Of a stretch of DNA of 42,792 bases, positions 28,025 to 36,167 are shown one piece after another; positions within the stretch are counted from its first letter, which is position 1; each line of letters begins with the position of its first letter. Made by a program: the position numbers and the translations under genes. Under the pieces are notes generated by a model. That model saw only the letters and a list, made by a program, of their open reading frames with translations, was not told the DNA's origin and did no database searches. The stretch comes from Planctomycetota bacterium (GTDB lineage: Bacteria > Planctomycetota > UBA11346). The stretch spans positions 1 to 42,792 of the forward strand of contig JBBQSO010000044.1 of the NCBI GenBank assembly GCA_038213805.1, in the 5' to 3' direction.

Positions 28025-31006
28025 TCACACCAAATCGACGCGCAAGCGGCGACGCACGCCCAGCATCACGAGCGCGGTGAGCGCCACCAACCCGGAGCCG
28101 AGCCCGCAGCTCCGCCCGCCAGACGGCGCGCTTGAGCCTCCACTCGCCGGGCTCGGGATCCCGGTGGCGGAAACGGCGGCGCTGCTCGCCAGCGCCGAGA
28201 TGAACAGCCCGGAATCCGCCCCGCCACCGCCGGTGTCGGCCACGGCGATCTTGATCGTGTGGACTGTGAGGTGGGGATCGAGCAGCGCGATAACGGTGGC
28301 GGGTCGGGTGAGGCCGTTGTATTCGCTCGCCAGCGGGAACGCCGCGTCGTTGCGCACGCAGATAGCGCTCACCTGGGCGTCTGCGCGCAGCACGGCCCGG
28401 GGATCTGACCCCAGGACGGCGGCGTCGACCCCATCGACCAGCACCGCCGCGATGTCGGACGACTCGCCGGGACCCGCTGGCAGGGACTCGGATCCGAACA
28501 TGGTCTGGAAGGTAACCGCCGTGACGCCGGCGGGCACGGTAAAGCTGAAGCTCAGACTGCAGGCGTCCTGAACGGTCGCACCCTGCAGAAGGGTGGTGAG
28601 GTCCGCATCTCCGGCACCGCCGAGATCGATGCTCGCGGATCGACCCGTTGAGAGAGCCGCTGCATCCGTGTTGGCCGCTGCCGTCGTCCCATCGCCAGAG
28701 GTTAGCAGCAAGCCCCCGCCCGGCAGGGCCATGCGCGTCCCGTCGGCGGCGGTGCCCAGATTGATCGTCGTCATGACCGCAGCCTGGGCGCCGCCGATGG
28801 CGGTCGCACCGGCGAAGCGGATGGAAGCCGGGTCAATCTGGATCTGCGAAGCGGGCGCCAGCACGGCCGCCGCCGCCACCTGGAGTGCGGATGGGCTGCC
28901 GCCGGTGATCTCCACCACGTTGCTCGCGACCACGGTCAGCTCGGAAGTCTGCGTCTGGCTGCTGAAAGGCAGCGAAAATGTCGCGACCCGGTCCCCGGTG
29001 ACCTGCCCATCGGTGCGATCCCACGCAGCGTAGATCACCTGGGCGGCTCCGGCGGTGTCGCCACGGGGTACGAAGCGCAGGCTCGCGCTCGGCTCCAGGA
29101 GCACGCCGGAGGCCGAGGATACGGTCGGAAACGGCACGCAAGCCTGGCCGGCAGTCGAGTACTCCCAAGTACCCAGGTCCCCGAACTGGGTGCCGACGAC
29201 GGCGATACCCAGGACATCGCCGTCGGCGTCGGTGAACGGAACCTGGCCGGAGTTCATGGCGGGGGAAAGGAGATCGGCGACCCTGAAGCTGCGCACCGGC
29301 CCATCAACGGCGTTCGTCACGGAACCCAGATACTGTACCACATGGAGCGCGAGAACCGGGCGGGAGTCAGGAATGAAGATGGTGACCGCCGCGGTGCGTA
29401 CCCCGGTGCTGAACGCGGTCGCGCCGCCGTTCTGGGTGGAATCCCCTCGCGACCCGTTGGCAACCGGTCCCTGGGGAGAGGTCTGGTCCCAGGCCCGGTA
29501 GGTGAAGGTCGCCGTGCCCGCGAATCCCGCCCGCGGGACGAAGCGGATGGCGGCCTCGACTGGCTGGGCACCGCCGCGGGGCTGACCGACGGCGAGCAGC
29601 AGGGCGTTGGTGGGGGACACGGCACCGGGCTGGCCGTCGGCGGGGAGGTTGCCGAACCCTGCGGTCGTCCCGATGCGGAACTGCCAGGTCCCGTTGCTGC
29701 TGTCTGCAGCGATGATGGCGATCCCAAGGAAGGGATCGTCCGGCGCATCGGCGTCGTTGATCGGCGGCTGACCACCGTTGTGGGCGGCGTCGATCAGCGC
29801 GGTGAGCGTGACGGCGGGCGTGCCGAATTGGGAATTCGCGAAACTTCCGATCACGGTCTGGCCCACGGTCGCCAGGACCGGCGCGTCGTTGACCGGTTGC
29901 ACCCATACCTGTATGGGAGATGCCGGGGAGCTGAACGACCCTGGGGTGTCGAGCTGGGCGTGATCGGCCGCGACGTCGTAGGTCGAGCGCAGGCTATCGG
30001 TCGACGTCTGACCCACGAACTCGTCCCAACCTTCCATGAACAAGGCCGGCCACGCCGACAAGGGTGCATCGGCAGGGACCGAGAAATCGGGTGCCGGCAC
30101 GAAGCGGATTGCGGCGCTTGTGAAGCCGGTGGCGCTGTCGGCGAAGTGCAGCAGCAGCGCCTGGCTCGAGTTCACCTGGCCGACGTCGTGCCACGAAGAA
30201 GAGGCACCGCGCGCATTGTCGGTGGTGTATTGCCAGGTCCCATGGGCGTTGTCCGCCCCGATGATGGCCACACCCCGACGATCGCCGGCGTCCAGGTCGC
30301 TCCAGGTCGCCCCGTACAGGCTCTGCAGAGTCACCCCGTCGATGGCGCTCGCCGGCGTGTCCTCCACGACCGTCGGCAGGGTCTTGGCGAAGGTGTCGAT
30401 GACCGGTGGCGTGTCGTGGATGGCGATCGTCGCCGTGCGCACCGCCGCGCTGAACGGCGTCGTCCCGCCATTGACGCTGACGTCGACGACGCCGCCGCTC
30501 TGCTGCGCCGCTGAGCGCAGGGATTGGTCCCAGGCCCGATAGGTGAAAGTGGCGTGGCCACGGAAGCCTGGATTCCCAACGAAGACGACAAAGATGACAT
30601 CGAGGTGCGAGACGTCGTCTGAACCCGCGGCAAGGAGCAGGGCATGCCGATCGTCAAGCCCGGCGGGGAAGGCGATGCGAGCGCGCTGGTGGGTGTCGCT
30701 GCTGCTGCCGAGGTAGTATTGCCACGAGCCGTTGCTGCTGTCTGCCCCCACGATGGCGATGCCCCGGCTGGCACCGGCATCGCTATCGGTGACGGGATCA
30801 GCCCCGCCATTGAATGGGGGTGTGAGCAGGTCGGCGATTCCGGCCCCATGGGCAGCTCCGGGAACCATCGCGTTGGTGCCGAGGTTGGTGATCCCCGAAG
30901 TGCTGAGCACCGGCGCCGCGTTGGCGGCCGTGGCCGTCCGGGCGAGCGTGATGAGCAGCACGAAGGCGAGTGCGGACTGGAAGCGGCGGCGCACGTGGGC
31001 GAACAT
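28025..31006 (-). CDS. Secreted surface protein: four cadherin/Ig-like repeats, choice-of-anchor L-like domain, C-terminal Cys-Gly/TM/Arg sorting-like signal
   Basis: Signal peptide (RRRFQSALAFVLLITLARTATAA); repeats GIAIVGADSSNGxWQY...RFVP...ATFTYRAWD; SEYNGLT...HTIKIAVADTG...DSGLFI; tail GGRSCGLGSGLVALTALVMLGVRRRLR. Confidence 0.85.
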   Translation of the reverse strand: MFAHVRRRFQSALAFVLLITLARTATAANAAPVLSTSGITNLGTNAMVPGAAHGAGIADLLTPPFNGGADPVTDSDAGASRGIAIVGADSSNGSWQYYLGSSSDTHQRARIAFPAGLDDRHALLLAAGSDDVSHLDVIFVVFVGNPGFRGHATFTYRAWDQSLRSAAQQSGGVVDVSVNGGTTPFSAAVRTATIAIHDTPPVIDTFAKTLPTVVEDTPASAIDGVTLQSLYGATWSDLDAGDRRGVAIIGADNAHGTWQYTTDNARGASSSWHDVGQVNSSQALLLHFADSATGFTSAAIRFVPAPDFSVPADAPLSAWPALFMEGWDEFVGQTSTDSLRSTYDVAADHAQLDTPGSFSSPASPIQVWVQPVNDAPVLATVGQTVIGSFANSQFGTPAVTLTALIDAAHNGGQPPINDADAPDDPFLGIAIIAADSSNGTWQFRIGTTAGFGNLPADGQPGAVSPTNALLLAVGQPRGGAQPVEAAIRFVPRAGFAGTATFTYRAWDQTSPQGPVANGSRGDSTQNGGATAFSTGVRTAAVTIFIPDSRPVLALHVVQYLGSVTNAVDGPVRSFRVADLLSPAMNSGQVPFTDADGDVLGIAVVGTQFGDLGTWEYSTAGQACVPFPTVSSASGVLLEPSASLRFVPRGDTAGAAQVIYAAWDRTDGQVTGDRVATFSLPFSSQTQTSELTVVASNVVEITGGSPSALQVAAAAVLAPASQIQIDPASIRFAGATAIGGAQAAVMTTINLGTAADGTRMALPGGGLLLTSGDGTTAAANTDAAALSTGRSASIDLGGAGDADLTTLLQGATVQDACSLSFSFTVPAGVTAVTFQTMFGSESLPAGPGESSDIAAVLVDGVDAAVLGSDPRAVLRADAQVSAICVRNDAAFPLASEYNGLTRPATVIALLDPHLTVHTIKIAVADTGGGGADSGLFISALASSAAVSATGIPSPASGGSSAPSGGRSCGLGSGLVALTALVMLGVRRRLRVDLV

Positions 31007-31131
31007 GATTGCTTCCTGGGATTCCGGCTCGGCACCGGACTATCGCTCACCACCCACCAACGCCAGTCGAAAGGACTGACTCGAGCCGGCAAACTTCCAC
31101 GTGCCTCGCGCGTCTCGACTTACAGACCGGC

Positions 31132-34100
31132 TCAACTCCTGCGCTCCCCGCGCAGCCGGCGGCGCAGCGCCAGCATCAGCATGCTGGCGAAGGCGGCGAT
31201 GCCGGAACCCAGACCGCAGCTCTTCGCGCCGCCGGAGCCGCCGGCGGCGGTGGCACCCGAGCCCGAGGACTTCCCGCCCGGAGGTGGCGGCGGCACGCCG
31301 CGGTCGTGCACGTTCGCCGCTACCGTGCTGCTGCGCTTGACGACGCTGGCGGTGGCGCTGAGCACCGTATTGCCCGGACTGGTGATCTGGGACGTCACCC
31401 GGGTCAAGGTGATGTCCACGCCGCTGTTGTTCTTGATCCAGTAGCCCTCGCCGGTGGTCAAGGCAGCCTCTTGGACGTAGGCCGAGCCATTCCAGAAGAA
31501 CGGCCGCGCCGTGGTGATGTCACCGCCCGGGGTGCCGATGAGGTTGGCGATCTCCAACGGATCGGTCACCGTGATCGTGCCATCGGAGAGCGTGAAGTCG
31601 GCGGGGAACTGGTGGAGGGTCGAGAAGGAACTGAGCGTGCCGAGCGGCGGTACGCCGACGAAGTTGAAGCCAGGGTGCAGCGTGATCGAGAACGGGAAGG
31701 GCTGGGGCGTGCCGCTGAAGTCCAGGCCGAGATCAAGGCGCGTGGCGATGAACACGCCGGTGTTGTCGGTCAGGCCGTCGCGCGGCACGTCGGGCAACTC
31801 GACATAGGCCTGCGTCCCCCCGTCCCAGGCGAACGCGCGCACCTGGTTTTTCGGCTTGCCAGAGAGGCGTGCCGTCAGATTGGCGATGCCCTCGTCGGTG
31901 CTCGGGCACACCGAGGCGTAGATCACCGATGCGCCGCTGGAGATACCGATCGGCGGCACGGTGACGTGCGCCACGTTGGCGGAGCCCGGGGGACCCGGCG
32001 GGACCACCACGATGCCGCCACCGGTGGTGGCGGTGCTGCCGCTCAGCGAGGAGATGAACAGTCCGGAATCGAAGATGTCGTCAGAGCTGTCGGCGACCAC
32101 GATCTTGATGGTGTGGATGGTCCGTTCAGTGTCGAGCAGGCCGGTCACCGTCGCTGGTCTGGTGATACCATTGTATTCGCTGGCCAGCGGGCTGGTCGTA
32201 TCGTTGGCCTCGATGAGGCTGCCGATTTGATTGCTTACGTGCAGGAATTTCGCAGGGGAATTATCGAAAATGGCCACATTGGTGCCATCCACGAACACTG
32301 CAGCCCCATCAGTGACGCTGTCGAGGAACTGGGAAAACTCCTCCGAGCCGAACATCATCTGGAAGGTCACCGCATGGATCCCCGCCGGTACCGTGAAATT
32401 GAACTGCAGGGAGCAGGCGTCGAGGGTGGTCTGCGCCGTGCCGCCGAGCGGGGGGTTTGCTGCCAGGATCTGGTCGAGGGAAGGCGTCCCCGAATCCCCG
32501 GCGGTACCGAGGCTGACATTGGCCGATTGGCTCGAATTGATCGTGGACGCATCGGTATTCGCCAGACCAGGCGTCCCATCGCCTGAAGTCAGCAGGAGCC
32601 CGCTGCCGGCGATGGTCATGCGCGTGCCATCGGCCGCAGTACCGAGATCGATCGCCGACACGGTAGAAGCCTGGGCCCCGCCGACGGTGGTGACACCAAC
32701 GAAGGTGATCGATTCCGTATCGACGGTGATCTGCGAACCCGGCGCCAGCAGGCTCGCGACCACGCCCTGCAGACCGCTGCCGCTGGTGTCGGTGATCTCG
32801 GTAAACGGGCTGCTGGTGACGGCGAAGGCCGCACTGCGGCTGGCCGCGCTGAAGGCGGTGGAGCCGCCCCCGACGCCCGGGTCCACGACCGCGCCCGTCA
32901 CCGAGGAATCGCTGCCATCCCAACCGCGGTAGGTGATGGCGGCGGTGCCGGCGAAATCGCCCGTTGGCACGAAGCGCACCAGGGTCCCGCCGCCAAGGAT
33001 CAAAGCGGCGGACGAGGAGACCTGCGGGAACGCCGCGAAGCTGCCCCCTGACGAGAACTCCCAGGTGCCGTGGCTGCTGTCGGCGGCAGTGATCGCGATG
33101 CCGAGCGTGTTGCCATCAGCGTCAGTGAGCGGCGCGGTCCCACCGTTGTCAGCAGCGGAGATGATATCATCGACGGTGATGGTCGCGACCTGGCCGGTCA
33201 CTGCGTTGGTGACCGTGCCCAGGCTGCCAGCGCCGCTGATGAGCACGGGCGCGACGTTGACGCCGCTTCCTGTGACGGCCTGGGAGAGCACGATGTCGGT
33301 GGCGCCGAAGGCGCTCGCCCCGCCGTTGGCGGCGCGGTCAGCGGCGAGGTCGCCAGTGCTGGGCTCGGCATTGGCCGATGAGGCGCCCAAGGTCTCATCC
33401 CAGGCGCGCAGGGTGATGGTCGGCAGTGCGTTGGCGGCGGTGTTGAACCCGGCTGCCGGGACGAAGCGGATGGCGGCACTGGTCGTTGTGTAGGACGTGC
33501 TGGCGAAGTGCAGGAGCAGCGCCTGGGAAGCGCTCACCGCGCCGATGTCGGTCCAGGTCGAAGCACCACCCAGGGAGTTGTCGGTGGTGTACTGCCAGGC
33601 GCCGTGGGCGTCGTCCACACCGGTGATGGCGACGCCTTCGGGATTGAAGTCGGAGTCGCTGAAGGTGCCTGCGAACAGGCTCGCGAGGGTGACGCCTGCG
33701 ATGGTGCTGGCGGCAGCGTCCTGGGCGAGGTCGGGCAGGGTCGAGGTGCTCGCGCTCATCGCGGGCGCGCTGTTGAGGATCTGGATGTTGGCGGTACGGA
33801 CGGCCGTGCTGTAGGGGGTGGCATTGCCGTTGCTGCTGACGTCGACATCGATCGCGCCGCTGTTCTGGACGGAATCGTGCTGCGATTGGTCCCAGGCCCG
33901 GTAGCTGAAGGTGGCGGTGCCGCGGAAGTTCGCGTTCGGCATGAAGCGCACCGCCATGCCGGTGGCACCGGTATAGGCGTCGGTGACCGCTGCGAGCAGC
34001 AGGGCGTGGGCATCGTCCAGCAGGCCCGGGAAGGTCTGGAAGGTGGAACCGTCGACGGTGTACTGCCAGACCCCGTGCGTGCTGTCCGCACCGACAATGG

Positions 34101-34845
34101 CGATCCCCTGGAGCGCATTGTCATCGACATCGCTGATGGGGGCGGTGCCGCCATTGGCGCCCGCCGCGAGGAAGGTGCCGATCGCGACCGGGTCGCTGAG
34201 GCCGGCGAATCCCGGGAAGCCGCCGAGCGCGCTCTGCCCGGTGACGCTGAGCACCGGTGCGTCCTGGACCGGAGCCACCGTCACCGCTGCGAGCGCCGCG
34301 ACCGCGCTGTACGAGGTCGTGCCGCCGTTGGCGCTGGCGTCACCGAAAACCTTCGCGGCCCCCGACGTGGCGGAGAAGCCGGTGTCGGCGCCGTTCCAGG
34401 CACGCACGGTGATGGTCGGCGTTGGCAGGTTCAAGGTGTTGAAATCGGCATCGGGAACAAACCGCACGGCGGAATACTGGACGGTGCCGATCGCGAGCAG
34501 CAGAGCGTTGCTGGCGCTGATGGTCAGCGGGATGTCGAACCATTGGGTGGAGGTGCCGAACTGTTCGAAACTGGTATACTGCCACTTCCCATGGGTGCCG
34601 TTGATGGCGACCACCGCCACGCCGCGGAAGTTCGCGCCCGGATCGCTGTAGATGGGGTCGAGCTGGTCATTGAAGGTGTTACCAAGGAGGACCGCCTGGG
34701 AGGCGTCCTCAACGATCCCATCGAGGGCGAAGCTCGCCCCGGTCAGCACCGGCGCGCTCGCCGCCTGGCCGATTCCGCATAGCGACATCAGGGTCGCGCT
34801 GAGCAGGGTCGTGGAGGTCATGCGGGTCGGATGGGACGGTGACAT
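31132..34845 (-). CDS. Paralogous secreted surface protein: four repeats, choice-of-anchor L-like domain, extra domain, C-terminal sorting-like signal
   Basis: GGAG RBS before ATG 34845; signal peptide; same repeats; FGSEEF, SEYNGIT, IKIVVADSSDDIFDSGLFI; extra domain with PGFNFVGVP and GEGYWIKN; tail GGAKSCGLGSGIAAFASMLMLALRRRLR. Confidence 0.87.
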   Translation of the reverse strand: MSPSHPTRMTSTTLLSATLMSLCGIGQAASAPVLTGASFALDGIVEDASQAVLLGNTFNDQLDPIYSDPGANFRGVAVVAINGTHGKWQYTSFEQFGTSTQWFDIPLTISASNALLLAIGTVQYSAVRFVPDADFNTLNLPTPTITVRAWNGADTGFSATSGAAKVFGDASANGGTTSYSAVAALAAVTVAPVQDAPVLSVTGQSALGGFPGFAGLSDPVAIGTFLAAGANGGTAPISDVDDNALQGIAIVGADSTHGVWQYTVDGSTFQTFPGLLDDAHALLLAAVTDAYTGATGMAVRFMPNANFRGTATFSYRAWDQSQHDSVQNSGAIDVDVSSNGNATPYSTAVRTANIQILNSAPAMSASTSTLPDLAQDAAASTIAGVTLASLFAGTFSDSDFNPEGVAITGVDDAHGAWQYTTDNSLGGASTWTDIGAVSASQALLLHFASTSYTTTSAAIRFVPAAGFNTAANALPTITLRAWDETLGASSANAEPSTGDLAADRAANGGASAFGATDIVLSQAVTGSGVNVAPVLISGAGSLGTVTNAVTGQVATITVDDIISAADNGGTAPLTDADGNTLGIAITAADSSHGTWEFSSGGSFAAFPQVSSSAALILGGGTLVRFVPTGDFAGTAAITYRGWDGSDSSVTGAVVDPGVGGGSTAFSAASRSAAFAVTSSPFTEITDTSGSGLQGVVASLLAPGSQITVDTESITFVGVTTVGGAQASTVSAIDLGTAADGTRMTIAGSGLLLTSGDGTPGLANTDASTINSSQSANVSLGTAGDSGTPSLDQILAANPPLGGTAQTTLDACSLQFNFTVPAGIHAVTFQMMFGSEEFSQFLDSVTDGAAVFVDGTNVAIFDNSPAKFLHVSNQIGSLIEANDTTSPLASEYNGITRPATVTGLLDTERTIHTIKIVVADSSDDIFDSGLFISSLSGSTATTGGGIVVVPPGPPGSANVAHVTVPPIGISSGASVIYASVCPSTDEGIANLTARLSGKPKNQVRAFAWDGGTQAYVELPDVPRDGLTDNTGVFIATRLDLGLDFSGTPQPFPFSITLHPGFNFVGVPPLGTLSSFSTLHQFPADFTLSDGTITVTDPLEIANLIGTPGGDITTARPFFWNGSAYVQEAALTTGEGYWIKNNSGVDITLTRVTSQITSPGNTVLSATASVVKRSSTVAANVHDRGVPPPPPGGKSSGSGATAAGGSGGAKSCGLGSGIAAFASMLMLALRRRLRGERRS

Positions 34846-35036
34846 TGCGTTCTCCAGAAACGATGGGGCAGTAACAACGAACCCCAAGCGGAAGCGACGT
34901 TGCGCGTCCTACCGGAGTCCCTGTCAGGTTCTGTCCACGGCCCACCAGAGCAAGCGTTAACGGAGGGCAATGTCGAAGGAACGCGCGGCAATGCCCGCTT
35001 GACTCGCCGCAACCGATTCTCTGATGCTGCGAATCG

Positions 35037-36167
35037 ATGACCCCCGCACCGCCATTACGCCTGCTCGCCATCGCCAGCGCCGTTCAGGATACTCCGGGCG
35101 GGGCGCTGCGCATCCTTGACCGGGTCTGCCAGGGTCTGGCCGCGCGGGGCGCGGCAGTCGAGGTCCTGTCCAGCCGGAGCGCGGTTTCGGACGCGCCCGA
35201 TGCCGCGACGGCGCTGGCGCGCATGCGCGCGTCGATGAGCGAGCGCGGTCGCGCGATCTCGGCGCGTATCGCCGCCTTCAGGCCCACCGTCGTCCACTGC
35301 GAGTTCGCGGACGAGACCGGGCACGTGGCGGCGTCCCTGGCCCGCGCCGCGCGCATCCCGTTCACCGCCACCTTCCACCGCCTGCACGTCTTCGCCGACG
35401 CAGCCGCGCAGGGCGGGCTGCTGAAGGCCCTGCTGGACTTCCACCGCCAGGCCGCGCGCACGGTGTCGTACAGCCGCCCGCAGCAGGCCTGGCTGGTGGG
35501 ACAGGCGGTGCGCAACAGCGTGGTGATCGGCAACGGCGTCGATGCGCGGCGCTTCACGCCCACGCTGCGCAGCGCCTCCCTGCGCGCCACCTGGGGCGCT
35601 GCCGCGCACGACCCGGTGCTGCTATGGGTCGGACGGCTGCTGGCGCAGAAGAACCTCGGTCTGCTCGTCCAGGCCTGCGACGCCGCGCGCGCGGCCTGCC
35701 CGGGGCTGCGCGCGGTGGTCATCGGCGACGGGCCCGACCGCGCCGCCCTGCGCGCGCGCCTGCCCTGGGCGGTCTTCCCCGGCGCGCTCGAGGGACCCGA
35801 GCTGCAGGCGGCCTATGCCAGCGCGGACCTGTTCGCTTTTCCCAGCCGCAGTTCCGGCATCGACAACTGGGCGAATGTCGTCGGCGAGGCGATGGCTTCT
35901 GCGCTCCCCGTGGTCGCATTCGGCTTCGGGGCGGCCGACGCCTGGATCGCCAACGCGCACAACGGCGCAGTGCTGGCGGAAAGCGACAACGCCGAGGCTG
36001 ACGGGGTGGAATTCTGCCGTGCCGTCATCGCCCTGACCAGCGACCAGGCGCGCCGCCGGGCACTTGGCGCGGCGGCGCGCGCGACGGTGCTCGACCAGGG
36101 CTGGGACCGGACCATAGACGGGTATGGGCGGTTGTTCGCGGAATGCTCAGCGGCGAGGCCCCCATGA
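35037..36167 (+). CDS. Glycosyltransferase family 4 (GT-B)
   Basis: TATFH, GNGVDARRF, WVGRLLAQKNL, IGDGP, YASADLFAFPS, NVVGEAMASALPVV. Confidence 0.9.
   Translation: MTPAPPLRLLAIASAVQDTPGGALRILDRVCQGLAARGAAVEVLSSRSAVSDAPDAATALARMRASMSERGRAISARIAAFRPTVVHCEFADETGHVAASLARAARIPFTATFHRLHVFADAAAQGGLLKALLDFHRQAARTVSYSRPQQAWLVGQAVRNSVVIGNGVDARRFTPTLRSASLRATWGAAAHDPVLLWVGRLLAQKNLGLLVQACDAARAACPGLRAVVIGDGPDRAALRARLPWAVFPGALEGPELQAAYASADLFAFPSRSSGIDNWANVVGEAMASALPVVAFGFGAADAWIANAHNGAVLAESDNAEADGVEFCRAVIALTSDQARRRALGAAARATVLDQGWDRTIDGYGRLFAECSAARPP

Noticed and set aside
34999..35028. Sigma-70 promoter TTGACT-N18-GATGCT before the GT4 genes
   Set aside because: The -10 match is poor and the spacer is long; it cannot be supported without TSS data.
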